Translations under genes and position numbers: made by a program
Shown: piece after piece, positions 8,630 to 17,587 of the stretch
Numbering within the stretch: the first letter of the stretch is position 1
Layout of the letters: each line of letters begins with the position of its first letter
The notes under the pieces: generated by a model
Database searches by the model: none
What the model was told of the DNA's origin: nothing
The model's input: only the letters and a program-made list of their open reading frames with translations
Source of the DNA: an uncultured virus (IMG/VR IMGVR_UViG_3300033146_001099)
Lineage: Duplodnaviria > Heunggongvirae > Uroviricota > Caudoviricetes
Length of the DNA stretch: 64,000 nucleotides
IMG/VR virus record: IMGVR_UViG_3300033146_001099
Direction: 5' to 3' (one strand)

Positions 8630-8850
8630 CGACTTATACTATCGGCCTAAGAGATGGACCGCTACACAACAGTATAATTAAAATAGACACAAACATTGCT
8701 CCAGGCGAAACGTTCAACCTTCCTCATCTGGGCAAGGAGTACACCTATCGCCTGTTAGTTACTGCTGTGGCAAAAATGACATACAGAGAGGGCAGTACCC
8801 CTGCGTCTCTGGCATGTGGTGCAATTTATGTTGATCCATTAAGGAATTAA
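8626..8850 (+). CDS. hypothetical 74-aa ORF with apparent ATA start
   Basis: Open frame fills the gap; GAGAGG RBS 7 nt before ATA, which overlaps the previous TAA. Confidence 0.45.
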   Translation: MTTYTIGLRDGPLHNSIIKIDTNIAPGETFNLPHLGKEYTYRLLVTAVAKMTYREGSTPASLACGAIYVDPLRN

Positions 8851-8856
8851 GATATC

Positions 8857-9003
8857 ATGAGCGGACCAAAGCTATCGAAGAAAGATCGTAAGAAAATAAG
8901 GGAATTGCGACGTAAGAGACAGAATAAGAGAAACCCTAAAGGTACTATTAAAACTGACGACCGTAAAAAAGAGGAATATTACGATGATCAGAGTAATAGG
9001 TGA
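8857..9003 (+). CDS. small basic protein (MSGPKLSKKDRKK...)
   Basis: Translated by hand; AAGGA upstream. Confidence 0.5.
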   Translation: MSGPKLSKKDRKKIRELRRKRQNKRNPKGTIKTDDRKKEEYYDDQSNR

Positions 9004-9676
9004 TGTACATAACAAGCTATCCCAGTATGTACCTATCGCACAAGAAGCAGAGCACTCTCTCCAGCTCGGAGATATGGGATTTGACTATACTGAGCTAAGC
9101 GAGCTGAATCCTAGGCGACATAGGTTTTTTGGCGGAAATCACGACAACTATGATTTGTATGATGATAGTTCTCATGCATTAGGTGATTATGGTTCAGAGA
9201 TGTTGGGTTGCATAGAATTTTTCTATGTACGTGGCTCAATTAGTATCGACTGTGTTCAGCGTGTTCAAGACTTCATTCTTTCTGGCCACAAGAGTTGGTG
9301 GTACGAAGAAGAGTTAAATAGCAAGCAACTGGAAGCGGCGATTGACTTGTATACTAAAATCAAGCCTAACATTATGATCACGCATGACTGCCCCAGTGTC
9401 ATCAAGAGTCGATTTGCTTCTAGCACTGCCATGAAACGCTTTGGTTGGCCCGAAGATCACACTTGTCTTACACAGCAGGCTTTGACAGTGATGCACGAGA
9501 CGCATCCCCCGAAGCTACATTTTCTAGGTCATTGGCATCGCAATTGGAATGCAGTGATAGATGGAACACATTTTATTATGATAGATGAACTTAGCTGGGT
9601 TGATTTAAAAAAGGAAAATGGTAGATATATAGTGACTTCTCCTGAAGGTAAGGAACTAGCTAATATTTCAGCTTGA
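8984..9676 (+). CDS. calcineurin-like metallophosphoesterase
   Basis: GDVH, GDMG, GNHD, THDCP, GHWH. Confidence 0.9.
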   Translation: MIRVIGDVHNKLSQYVPIAQEAEHSLQLGDMGFDYTELSELNPRRHRFFGGNHDNYDLYDDSSHALGDYGSEMLGCIEFFYVRGSISIDCVQRVQDFILSGHKSWWYEEELNSKQLEAAIDLYTKIKPNIMITHDCPSVIKSRFASSTAMKRFGWPEDHTCLTQQALTVMHETHPPKLHFLGHWHRNWNAVIDGTHFIMIDELSWVDLKKENGRYIVTSPEGKELANISA

Positions 9677-9700
9677 CATAGCCGATATAGATGTTAGAAT
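9673..9700 (+). promoter_or_regulatory. sigma70-like promoter
   Basis: TTGACA-16nt-TAGAAT; GCCGATA in spacer; TG extension. Confidence 0.75.
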
Positions 9701-9706
9701 GAAAGC

Positions 9707-10150
9707 ATGTGTAAGGCGACTGACAACTCCCATAAAACTGCAACAACACGCAGTAAACTATCGTCGGCGGCTCAATATCTTGTTGACAATGACCTCCTAC
9801 AGGGCGAATGTCTCGACTTTGGTTGCGGTAAGGGATGGGACTGTAATGAATTGCAGATTGATGGTTACGATCCGTACTATCGACCAAATGATGGGATAGA
9901 GTTTAAACTATATGATACTATTATGTGTAATTTTGTACTAAATGTATTACAAAAGCCGATGAGAGATAAAGTTATATTGGACATTCAACAGCACCTTGCG
10001 GTCGGAGGGATAGCATATATCGCAGTCCGTAATGATAAGAAGAACCTCAATGGCTTTATGTGGGGGGGTACTTTTCAGACCTTTGTAGAGTTGGATCTTC
10101 CAATTGAGAAAAAGACCTCTAGCTTTGTTATGTATAGAATCAACAACTAA
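9707..10150 (+). CDS. small class I SAM-dependent methyltransferase
   Basis: LDFGCGKG, YDPYY, CNFVLNV. Confidence 0.85.
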   Translation: MCKATDNSHKTATTRSKLSSAAQYLVDNDLLQGECLDFGCGKGWDCNELQIDGYDPYYRPNDGIEFKLYDTIMCNFVLNVLQKPMRDKVILDIQQHLAVGGIAYIAVRNDKKNLNGFMWGGTFQTFVELDLPIEKKTSSFVMYRINN

Positions 10151-10234
10151 CTGGCGGGGGCAACGAGGACAAGTTCCTACACGGATGTAGCAAGTGGTGT
10201 ATAATTAGCTTTGGCTTAACAGGGGGCATTTTAG

Positions 10235-10435
10235 ATGGTGTTTGAGTACCATATTCTAGGTAGAAATATCAAGAAAAAAGAGAAGTACGATAAGGTCTTG
10301 CAGATAAAAGGCTCAGCTTTTGAGCTTAAGACGAAGTTATATCCTAATCATGAGAATATCCGCCGTCATATTGTACATCTATTGCTAGAAATGGGTATAG
10401 TTGTATCTGAGATACAGCCCGTTGAACAAGCGTAA
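10235..10435 (+). CDS. hypothetical protein
   Basis: 66 aa ORF in operon context. Confidence 0.55.
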   Translation: MVFEYHILGRNIKKKEKYDKVLQIKGSAFELKTKLYPNHENIRRHIVHLLLEMGIVVSEIQPVEQA

Positions 10436-10448
10436 TTTAAGACTGGAG

Positions 10449-10649
10449 ATGATGATGACTGAGAGAGAGACATTTTGGAAGCAGGCGTATCTTCGCAGCA
10501 TGGAGCATGACTTAGCTCATTCTGTTCATGAGAAGAATGCCAAGGTCGCTCTAGAATCATTTGATAAAAAGTTTCCCAAGGTAAAAGAAAAAGAAGAGGA
10601 AGGGAAAGACGGAACTAAGGTTAGCGGATTTTCACACAACGAGGTCTGA
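10449..10649 (+). CDS. hypothetical protein
   Basis: GGAG RBS; start within ORF 10401..10649. Confidence 0.6.
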   Translation: MMMTERETFWKQAYLRSMEHDLAHSVHEKNAKVALESFDKKFPKVKEKEEEGKDGTKVSGFSHNEV

Positions 10650-10936
10650 GACCCCTAATTACCCTGGTACTACAGCGGGGAATAAACTACTGTAGCATTA
10701 TTTATGTTATGTTCAAGGAGGTATTACTATGCCATTCAAAAACAGGGAAAAACAATTAGAAGCACAGCCGGACTTCCAAGAATATCATGAACAGACTTCG
10801 ATGGATCGAAACGACGACCCGCCCATATCGGAGGACTTGGTAGTCTGGATGACAGAGCCTATTCCGTGGGCGTTGGCCCCACGTTCAAACTGCGGGTAAG
10901 GGATGACTGTAACATAAAACCGGGAGAATAAGAAGC

Positions 10937-11251
10937 ATGATAAATATTACTGATGCGGCAGTCGCGGAAGTCAAGCGAATAATTGGGGACGAAGAGTTTC
11001 TACGAGTAGGCGTTGAGGCTGCGGGATGCAACGGACTCAGCTATAGATTGCGTTTTGATAAACAATTTGATAAAGAGAACGATGTTAGATATACCTCTGA
11101 GGGATTTGATATTGTAATAGATAAGAAAAGCGACCTGTATATAGACGGCACTACATTGGACTGGATAGACGAATTAATGAATAGGGGGTTTCATTTCAGC
11201 AATCCAGCGGCGGTCAAAAATTGTGGATGCGGAAAGTCGTTCTCAGTTTAA
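10937..11251 (+). CDS. iscA: HesB/IscA family A-type Fe-S carrier protein
   Basis: ITDAA, LRVGVEAAGCNGLSY, GFHFSNP, CGCGKSF. Confidence 0.95.
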   Translation: MINITDAAVAEVKRIIGDEEFLRVGVEAAGCNGLSYRLRFDKQFDKENDVRYTSEGFDIVIDKKSDLYIDGTTLDWIDELMNRGFHFSNPAAVKNCGCGKSFSV

Positions 11252-11261
11252 TATCATATCT

Positions 11262-11882
11262 ATGAAAACATCAACTATATGTCTTGTCGGCAATGCCTAT
11301 AGCTTGAAGGGTTTAGGACTAGGAGAGGCAATAGACAATCATACTCATATTCTAAGGTTCAACCACTATAAGGTAGAAGGGTATGAAGAAGACGTAGGAG
11401 AAAGAACTACTCATTGGTCGGCAGCCCCGGAACCAATCTGTAGGCTAATAAAACAAGAAGGTCTACAATATTTTAGACAATACAAGACAGTATGGGCAAG
11501 GAATTGGGGAGGTAGGGGACGACCACCTAACCAGATACAGATCGCCAAGATCGCCTCGTACTGGAAAGATCACGAAGTATGTGACCTGCAATGGCTTTCG
11601 GAAGACACTCTAAGAGAATGTGGTTCACCCTATAGGGATTGGGAAGAGGAGTTCTTAAAAGCTCAAAAACAGGGAACAACAACAGGATTCTTAGCATTGA
11701 TTTTTGCTATGCATCACTACAAGACGCCAATCAGTATAGGTGGATTTGGATTCTCTGAATATTCAAACTATGACTATTATTCAGGAGGAGAGATTAATAG
11801 AAATCATTCATTAGATAAAGAGCGTCTCGTAATCAACAGATGGGTTGAACAAGGCTTGCTTAACAGGATAGAAGAAGAATGA
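11262..11882 (+). CDS. GT29-family sialyltransferase-like protein
   Basis: Sialylmotif L (ICLVGN..IDNH..ILRFN..EDVGERTT), S (TTGFLAL..IGGFG), DYY, and VS (HSLDKE). Confidence 0.8.
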   Translation: MKTSTICLVGNAYSLKGLGLGEAIDNHTHILRFNHYKVEGYEEDVGERTTHWSAAPEPICRLIKQEGLQYFRQYKTVWARNWGGRGRPPNQIQIAKIASYWKDHEVCDLQWLSEDTLRECGSPYRDWEEEFLKAQKQGTTTGFLALIFAMHHYKTPISIGGFGFSEYSNYDYYSGGEINRNHSLDKERLVINRWVEQGLLNRIEEE

Positions 11883-12544
11883 AGGTCATTATTCCATATC
11901 GTGAGAAATCAGATCGATGTGTAAACAAGAACACTCGTGAATTCTTCAAGGGTCGATCTATCCTTGATCTCAGTGTAGAACACCTTAAAGACCATGATGT
12001 AACTTTGGCTTGCCTTCCTTCGCCATCGTCGACTAAAAGAGCAATAGACCTTAACGTAAAACAGATGACTCTCTCAGCACACACTTCCACCGGAAGCTGG
12101 TCTGAGTTAGCTATTGATATAGCTGAAAAAATTGATTTGTGCGAACACGAAGAACCAGTAGCTTTCGTATACTGTACTTGTCCTGTATTTTACAAGCTTA
12201 ATCTCGTCAATGATTTCTTGTTGCGTGGAAAAGAAGCTGTAGAGTCTGGCAAAAGTGCTATAGTAGTTGAGTCGCTAAGGCATTACATTGTAGACGAGAA
12301 TATGAAAGGCGTTAATTTTGAACAAGGAGAAGGACATAAATACTCACAAAGCATTCTAAAGTGGTATAGTATACCGGGAGTCTTGACTGTAACCACGCCA
12401 GAAGATATGTTAAAGCATAAATACTGGTACTCTCCTGCACCAACTCCTCTAGAAGCTGTTGGCCCCTGTCTTGATATAGATACCGAAGAAGATTTTAAAA
12501 TTGCCAAGACAATTTATGCTACACTAAGTCAGGACATTTTATAA
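11879..12544 (+). CDS. acylneuraminate cytidylyltransferase-like protein (NeuA/KdsB fold)
   Basis: IIPYREKSDRC.NKN.R.F, CTCP, LDIDTEEDF. Confidence 0.8.
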   Translation: MKVIIPYREKSDRCVNKNTREFFKGRSILDLSVEHLKDHDVTLACLPSPSSTKRAIDLNVKQMTLSAHTSTGSWSELAIDIAEKIDLCEHEEPVAFVYCTCPVFYKLNLVNDFLLRGKEAVESGKSAIVVESLRHYIVDENMKGVNFEQGEGHKYSQSILKWYSIPGVLTVTTPEDMLKHKYWYSPAPTPLEAVGPCLDIDTEEDFKIAKTIYATLSQDIL

Positions 12545-12548
12545 ATCT

Positions 12549-12623
12549 GCGGCACGGCGATCCCGGTTGGGTCGGGAAATCTTATAAGTTTCTGCTTTCA
12601 GAGTTCAACTCTCTGGTGCCGTA
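12549..12623 (+). tRNA. tRNA-Ile, anticodon UAU, atypical D arm
   Basis: Acceptor GCGGCAC/GTGCCGT+A; anticodon arm GAAAT-CTTATAA-GTTTC; T arm CAGAG-TTCAACT-CTCTG; CCA not encoded. Confidence 0.8.
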
Positions 12624-12653
12624 CTTAACAATCCAGAAAGGTGTATTTGTGCT

Positions 12654-12860
12654 ATGAAGATCCTTAGGCGGGGCATTCCAAAAGCAAAGTTGTTCTATCA
12701 GGGTGAATGTCATTCCTGTAACACTGTAGTGGAGTTTAGCAAGAGAGAGAGTGAAATCATTCAGGGAGATGTGGAATACGTATCTGTTGCGTGCCCTGTC
12801 TGTCAAAAAGACAATATAAAAGTCGAATCAAGTAAAGGCTATGAAAAAGGTCTATCTTAA
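12654..12860 (+). CDS. Zn-ribbon protein
   Basis: CHSC...CPVC. Confidence 0.7.
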   Translation: MKILRRGIPKAKLFYQGECHSCNTVVEFSKRESEIIQGDVEYVSVACPVCQKDNIKVESSKGYEKGLS

Positions 12861-13006
12861 ATTAATGTGTCACTCTCAATGTCGTAATTGGGATGACCTC
12901 TATCCAAGTTGGTTTCTGAGCCCTCTTTGCTATGTCAAATTTGAGCAACTACAGAAAACCATATCTTGTCATCCGGCAGATGACTTAGAAAAATTTGAAT
13001 AAATTC

Positions 13007-13034
13007 TTGACATTTGATCAGATAATGTTATAAT
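13007..13034 (+). promoter_or_regulatory. sigma70-like promoter of the phage sigma factor gene
   Basis: TTGACA-16nt-TATAAT; CAGATA in spacer; TG extension. Confidence 0.8.
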
Positions 13035-13110
13035 CAAGCTAGGAAATGACGATAATGATAGTATGGCCCATTTAATCTAATTTTGTTCACGACAACGATA
13101 GGAAAATCAC

Positions 13111-13878
13111 ATGACAGACCAGTACAAAGTTGATATTACAGCAGCATTCGTTAAACTAACATCCGCTGAGATGGAGGCTCTTTCTTACCGTAAGACTAAC
13201 GGCGATCTCGCAGCTCGCGACACGCTTGTTTGTAGCTGCCTTCCGTTGGTGTATGATATTGCTCAAAAGTTTCGAAGGAATAATTGGCACATTGATCTGG
13301 AAGACATGATTCAACATGGCAACGTTGCTTTGATTCGTGCGGTCGACGACTGGGATCATACGCGGGCACGCTTATCTACTCTTGCTACTTGGTATGTGCG
13401 TAATTCTTTAATTGACATGATCAAAGAAAGTAAGTACTGTATCAAGAATAAGTTTGAGATGAGTAGACAATCCTGTGATGACATGCGAAAGATCAGGGAT
13501 GCCGACAGCAACGATATTATAATTATCAAAGAAAAAACTGGCTTGACTGAGAAGCGAATCAAGTTGCTTCAACGTATCATGTCCTCCAAGAGAATCGGCT
13601 ATGATATATGCGATATGCGGCTACATACCTATGAAGAGTATGAGAGTCAAGTAGACAGTAATATTGATGGTTGCCTAGCCGAGTTGATTGAGTTGGTTGA
13701 AGAAGTAGTTGATGACGAAGATGAAAAGGACATCTTCTTCTATTGGCTACGTCACGTTCATAAGAACAATAAAACTCGATTAACTGCTGATGGTATGGAT
13801 AGTTCATTACAGGATGTATCTAGGATTGTACGTAAGACTAAAAAGGCAGTACGAACTCAGGTGCGTTCTAATGCCTAA
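13111..13878 (+). CDS. sigma70-family RNA polymerase sigma factor
   Basis: Region 2: GDLAARDTLV..LPLV..IA, LEDMIQHGNVALIRAVDDWD, LSTLATWYVR. Confidence 0.85.
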   Translation: MTDQYKVDITAAFVKLTSAEMEALSYRKTNGDLAARDTLVCSCLPLVYDIAQKFRRNNWHIDLEDMIQHGNVALIRAVDDWDHTRARLSTLATWYVRNSLIDMIKESKYCIKNKFEMSRQSCDDMRKIRDADSNDIIIIKEKTGLTEKRIKLLQRIMSSKRIGYDICDMRLHTYEEYESQVDSNIDGCLAELIELVEEVVDDEDEKDIFFYWLRHVHKNNKTRLTADGMDSSLQDVSRIVRKTKKAVRTQVRSNA

Positions 13879-14095
13879 ATATTATATTCAGGACGGTCTT
13901 GACGAAGCAGTTGTCGATGCCCAGAGCCCCACTAGTGCCTGCGTAAAAGCCATAAGACTGCATATGTTTCGATCTGTTATGATCGGCGGACACTACTGGG
14001 TATCAGAGCGAGGCTTCAACGTTCATCCTGAAGGAGAAGACCAAAAAATTTGTTCTGATGAAATAAATTCCATATTATTTTTGGACGAGCCTTGA
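13871..14095 (+). CDS. hypothetical protein
   Basis: Coupled start MPKYYIQ; VSERGF motif. Confidence 0.65.
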   Translation: MPKYYIQDGLDEAVVDAQSPTSACVKAIRLHMFRSVMIGGHYWVSERGFNVHPEGEDQKICSDEINSILFLDEP

Positions 14096-14119
14096 CAACG
14101 CAGATAGAGATGTTAGAAT
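14092..14119 (+). promoter_or_regulatory. sigma70-like promoter of rIIA
   Basis: TTGACA-16nt-TAGAAT; CAGATA in spacer; TG extension. Confidence 0.75.
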
Positions 14120-14161
14120 GGAAGCAACGAAAGACATTTTACTAAAAACTGGAGCATCGAA

Positions 14162-16264
14162 GTGAAACTTGAAATCACACCGGCAAACATCGAACGTCAC
14201 GGCGTAGTAAAAAAGATCAAATGTGGCATGGAGCCGACAGCTCAATCGTTTCGGATGTTGGCTCGCCAATACTCTGATCCTATCAAAGCTATTCTACAAG
14301 AGTTGGGTGCTAACGCTGCCGACTCTCACATTCGGGCTGGAAAAAAGGATATTCCTTTTACTGTCCAATTGCCCACCACTCTTGATCCGCATTTACGGAT
14401 TCGTGATTACGGCATCAGTATGTCTCCAGAAACCATGGAAAACGTTTATGCTAATTATATGAAGTCTGATAAGTTGCACACCAACGAAGAGACTGGCTAC
14501 TTCGGTATCGGCTCTAAGACCCCGTTAGCGTACAGCGACTCATTCAATATCACCACCTATTTTTCTGGCGTTATGAGAATGTATACTGTGTGTTACGACG
14601 AAGTAGGTATTCCTGAATTGAATGTCTATAGCGAGTACCCAACAGACGAGGAGAATGGCGTAGAAGTTTCTTTTGCTGTAAAAAAAGACGATCATACTCG
14701 CTTTATGGAGCAGGCACAACGTGTCTACGCTTTCTTTTCTACTTCACCTACTGTCAATGGTTGTGAGAATTTTGCCCTTAAGACTTACGAAAAGGTATTA
14801 AAAGGTAAGGATTGGTACTTCGCAGCAACTAAGGATTACGGCTACGAATCATATGTGATTATGGGAAATATTGCATATCCCATTAAATCATCAATGTTCG
14901 GGTGGGACAGTCCTGCTCGTCACCTCTTGCAGGCCGGTATACACTTTGAGGTTCCTATGGGTGCTATTTCAATGGTTCCCTCCCGCGAGAGTCTGGAATA
15001 CAACGAACTTACTATTGCCTCTATCGAAAAACGATGTATCGAAATTAAAAAAGAAGCCTCTTTGCAAGTTATTGAGGAGTTGAATCAATGTCGCAGCCAA
15101 TGGGAAGCTTCTATTCTGGCGAATAAGTGGAAGACTAAGCTGCAAGGCATGGATTGGGATCTGTCTGCCTGTAAGTTTGATATTATGAAGTATTTTGATA
15201 TCGCCTCCTCCGATCTTGAGTGGAGATTCAAGTACTATAGCGATAGTGATTACGCTGGGAGCCATCGAAGCGGGCGGGTTAAAAGAAGTGCTAATCATGC
15301 TGCCCACCGTATTGAAGCGAAGGTGCGTATGATTATCCAAGATATTGACAGTGGTTTTGATAAGCGTTGTCGCAGTCTGGCAGGGGCATATCTCGTTGTA
15401 TACTTAGTTAAAAATATTACCAAAGAGAAATGCATGGAGCTTATGGGTGCTATCGAAGAGGATGGAGTAGTTTTTTACGCCAGCGAACTTCCAGAGCCAC
15501 CAAAACCTGTAAGAGGTCCGTATGTTCGCAAGACCACTCGTACCGTTAAAAGGTTCTGTCCTCAAGGTAATAGTCCTACTCGTAGCAATGTGTATGACTC
15601 TCGACTGTGGGATAGCGAGCATGAGATCGATCCTAAAATTGATGAGCACGTTTATGTTTGCCTGGATCGTTACCAGAGTATGGATAAAAGAGGTATACAA
15701 ATTTCCGTAGACAGGATTCTATATGCTGCTAAAAAGTTAGGTCTGGTTGTACCTAATATTATTGGTCTGAACAGTGCTAACGCTAAATTAGGTAATCGCA
15801 AGAACTTTATCTGTCTTACTGACTGGGTGGCAGCTAAACTCAAAGATCTTGATGACCAATCATTGAAAGATAGAGCAACTGCCCTGCGTATTTTAGGCAA
15901 ACTTGAATTAGCTAATCGCATGACAAAGATTGTCAATATGTCAAGTATTAAGCTAAATGATAAAATGGCACCTGCTGCTAAGCTGGTTGCATATGCAAGA
16001 TCGCTTTCACAAGGTGCGAAGGAAGATGAATTTATTATAAACTTTATTAATTTAGCTGAAAAGACAGGGTATAATTTTAAGTTCAACGATGATCACTCTG
16101 ACTTTAAGGCACTGGAAGAGTCGGTCAGAGATCGCTACCCTTTAGTTGTAGACTATATCGATGATCATTCATGTCGCTATGGCTATAGCATAAACAATAC
16201 AGTCTCAGATACGATTGTCAATACTATTAATGCGTTGGATTTAGCAAACTCTTTTGGAGAATAA
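14162..16264 (+). CDS. rIIA: RIIA-like protein (GHKL ATPase N-terminus)
   Basis: YSDPIKAILQELGANAADSH, IRDYGISM, GYFGIGSKTPLAYSDSF, MGNIAYPI, PSRESLEY; adjacent to rIIB. Confidence 0.9.
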   Translation: MKLEITPANIERHGVVKKIKCGMEPTAQSFRMLARQYSDPIKAILQELGANAADSHIRAGKKDIPFTVQLPTTLDPHLRIRDYGISMSPETMENVYANYMKSDKLHTNEETGYFGIGSKTPLAYSDSFNITTYFSGVMRMYTVCYDEVGIPELNVYSEYPTDEENGVEVSFAVKKDDHTRFMEQAQRVYAFFSTSPTVNGCENFALKTYEKVLKGKDWYFAATKDYGYESYVIMGNIAYPIKSSMFGWDSPARHLLQAGIHFEVPMGAISMVPSRESLEYNELTIASIEKRCIEIKKEASLQVIEELNQCRSQWEASILANKWKTKLQGMDWDLSACKFDIMKYFDIASSDLEWRFKYYSDSDYAGSHRSGRVKRSANHAAHRIEAKVRMIIQDIDSGFDKRCRSLAGAYLVVYLVKNITKEKCMELMGAIEEDGVVFYASELPEPPKPVRGPYVRKTTRTVKRFCPQGNSPTRSNVYDSRLWDSEHEIDPKIDEHVYVCLDRYQSMDKRGIQISVDRILYAAKKLGLVVPNIIGLNSANAKLGNRKNFICLTDWVAAKLKDLDDQSLKDRATALRILGKLELANRMTKIVNMSSIKLNDKMAPAAKLVAYARSLSQGAKEDEFIINFINLAEKTGYNFKFNDDHSDFKALEESVRDRYPLVVDYIDDHSCRYGYSINNTVSDTIVNTINALDLANSFGE

Positions 16265-16265
16265 C

Positions 16266-17150
16266 ATGATTGCTTGGACAAAAAGTGGTGCAGGAAACAT
16301 TAGTCTGGTCTTGCTGGGTCGTCAATATTACGTCAATGTAGAGGATGCAGCACTACACAGTCAGGTTCTTCAGGCCCTTAAGGACGACATGGGCGAACAG
16401 GAACTAGTAGATCTGGTTGATTGTTCCACGCGAATACAAAAGCATCTGGAGTTGCACGATGACCGTCTTCGTATTGAGGATGGGGCCATCATTTATCGCG
16501 ACGAAGATGGCGATGACGAGCAGGTACATGGCACGATTGTAGATCGTCTGTTGTCCTTCGTGAATGAGGACTTGCCGGTTACCCCCCTCGTTAACTTCGT
16601 TAAGAAGCTGATGCAAAATCCCTCAATGGTTTCGGCCCATGAGTTGTACGACTTTTTGGATCACAAGAGTCTACCTATCTGTGAAGACGGTGACTTCTTG
16701 GCATACAAGGTAGTTACTAATGACTATAAAGATAAGTATAGTAGGACCAAAGATAATACAGTTGGTGCTACAGTAACCGAGGTTCGTCGTAAGGTTGACG
16801 ACAATCGTAAGAACGGTTGCTCCAAAGGTCTTCATGCGGGTACTTTGGAGTACGTACAAAGCTTTGGTCATTTTGAGAAAGATGAAGACGGTGAAATTAC
16901 TCCTAGTTCTGACAAGGTTATTATCGTCAAGATTAACCCGAAGCATGTTGTGTCGGTGCCGTTATGTACCGATTGTCAGAAGCTGCGTACCGAGGAATAC
17001 TCAGTACTTCGTGACTATGATGGTGAGATGGAATACTCTCTTGCGAGTAATGACGGCCTAGAATACGAGGAAAACGATATCGAGGATGACTGGTATGAGC
17101 AGTGGTTAGAAACAGAAGATGATGGACTAAGCTTTATTTATTCAGAATAA
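16266..17150 (+). CDS. rIIB: RIIB-like protein
   Basis: NPS..SAHELYDFL, EDGDFLAYKVV, CSKGLHAG, VKINP..VVSVP..KLR. Confidence 0.9.
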   Translation: MIAWTKSGAGNISLVLLGRQYYVNVEDAALHSQVLQALKDDMGEQELVDLVDCSTRIQKHLELHDDRLRIEDGAIIYRDEDGDDEQVHGTIVDRLLSFVNEDLPVTPLVNFVKKLMQNPSMVSAHELYDFLDHKSLPICEDGDFLAYKVVTNDYKDKYSRTKDNTVGATVTEVRRKVDDNRKNGCSKGLHAGTLEYVQSFGHFEKDEDGEITPSSDKVIIVKINPKHVVSVPLCTDCQKLRTEEYSVLRDYDGEMEYSLASNDGLEYEENDIEDDWYEQWLETEDDGLSFIYSE

Positions 17151-17167
17151 CTTTAAAGGAGACAACA

Positions 17168-17548
17168 ATGCAGTATGTTTTGCAGATTAAGGCAGTCAGA
17201 GGTATATCTGACGACGAGAACTTCACACGACACATTAGGCTTAGTGTCAAAGGCGATGTTCGATTTGAATATGAATTAGACGAGAGAGAACACAGGTATA
17301 CGGTCTCCGTAGAGCAGGGTCAAGAAGTAAGAGTTGATTTCGGATTGAATAGTCTGACTAGCCATGCTGTATTTTCGGCTGGAATGGATTGCGGAATTAC
17401 GAATGAGTTCTTTTCGCTCTTGCCAGATGGAGCACCTGAGCCCGCACCTGAGCCTGAGCCCGCACCCGAACCTGAGCCTGAGCCCGCACCTGAACCTGAG
17501 CCTGAGCCCGCACCTGAGCCTGAACCTGATACAGATTCTAACGAATAA
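17168..17548 (+). CDS. hypothetical protein with Pro-Glu/Pro-Ala repeat tail
   Basis: AAGGAG RBS; (PEPEPEPA)n. Confidence 0.75.
   Translation: MQYVLQIKAVRGISDDENFTRHIRLSVKGDVRFEYELDEREHRYTVSVEQGQEVRVDFGLNSLTSHAVFSAGMDCGITNEFFSLLPDGAPEPAPEPEPAPEPEPEPAPEPEPEPAPEPEPDTDSNE
17432..17527 (+). repeat. coding tandem repeat (6-bp CCTGAG units, about 24-bp period)
   Basis: GAGCCCGCACCTGAGCCT repeated. Confidence 0.85.
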
Positions 17549-17553
17549 AACGG

Positions 17554-17586
17554 AAGGGGGCAGCTAATAACTGACCCCCTTTTTTT
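17554..17586 (+). terminator. intrinsic terminator
   Basis: AGGGGGCAG/CTGACCCCCT followed by T tract. Confidence 0.75.
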
Positions 17587-17587
17587 C

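Noticed and set aside
8628..8636. AACGACTTA matching the right arm of the 25-bp site
   Set aside because: No left arm, partner site or adjacent promoter; probably chance.
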